Shown here: positions 63,805 through 64,000 of the stretch, in pieces | Numbering within the stretch: the stretch's first letter is position 1 | Layout: each line of letters opens with the position of its first letter | Assembly: GCA_030038095.1 (NCBI GenBank) | Contig: JASHPK010000060.1 | Span: 24,799-88,798, forward strand | Length of the DNA: 64,000 nt | Origin: Thermoplasmata archaeon | GTDB taxonomy: Archaea > Thermoplasmatota > Thermoplasmata > Lutacidiplasmatales > UBA184 | Direction of reading: 5' to 3' | Position numbers and translations under genes: made by a program | The notes under the pieces: model-generated | Seen by the model: the letters and a program-made list of their open reading frames with translations, nothing else | Database searches by the model: none | What the model was told of the DNA's origin: nothing

Positions 63805-63859
63805 CGGGGCATCTCGGGGCCGGTCCCCTCTCCCCCCGAGCGGCCCCGCCCGACCCGCG

Positions 63860-64000
63860 TCAGCTCTCGAGGTACTGCTTCGCTCCCTGAAGGAGCAGCC
63901 GGACATCCGAGGCGAGGGAGATGAACCGGAAGCCGAGCTCGAGAGCCGCCCGCTTCTCCTCGGGATTCACGACGAGGGTCCCCGGGATCTTTCCGTGCGT
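63860..64000 (-). CDS. 3' end of HpcH/HpaI aldolase-like protein (partial)
   Basis: HGKIPG...ELGFRFISLASD..LL..GA resembles the HpcH/HpaI C-terminus. Confidence 0.6.
   Translation of the reverse strand, partial: THGKIPGTLVVNPEEKRAALELGFRFISLASDVRLLLQGAKQYLES

Overview
High-GC (about 70%) archaeal chromosome segment, most consistent with an acidophilic Thermoplasmata lineage (thermopsin, Thermoplasmata-like EF-2, exosome and PolB genes; this assignment is inferred). It is mostly core genome: the rps12-rps7-fusA operon, the psmA-SBDS-rrp4-rrp41-rrp42-rpl37ae-rpoP superoperon, PolB/UDG/Ogt/RadB/Lhr/UvrB repair genes, purine and pyrimidine genes, glyS, trm1, two ABC transporters, and a tRNA-Trp whose intron carries a box C/D guide RNA. 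No transposase, integrase or CRISPR array was seen. The signals the gene list does not explain are: (1) a roughly 195-nt multibranch structured RNA starting at a predicted transcription start and leading into an RNase J-like beta-CASP nuclease; (2) a leaderless GTG uORF ending in an RGPP arrest-like motif with an SD-occluding hairpin directly upstream of aIF1; (3) an LbpA/GcvH-like domain lacking the lipoyl lysine, fused to TusA, next to a rhodanese; (4) a tandem duplication of the fusA 3' end with three CTACTAC-N5-GTAGTAG palindromes bracketing a small gene; (5) non-canonical motifs in EF-2 and a PfkB kinase, and a missing start codon for trm1. All calls rest on motif recognition by eye; no searches were run.
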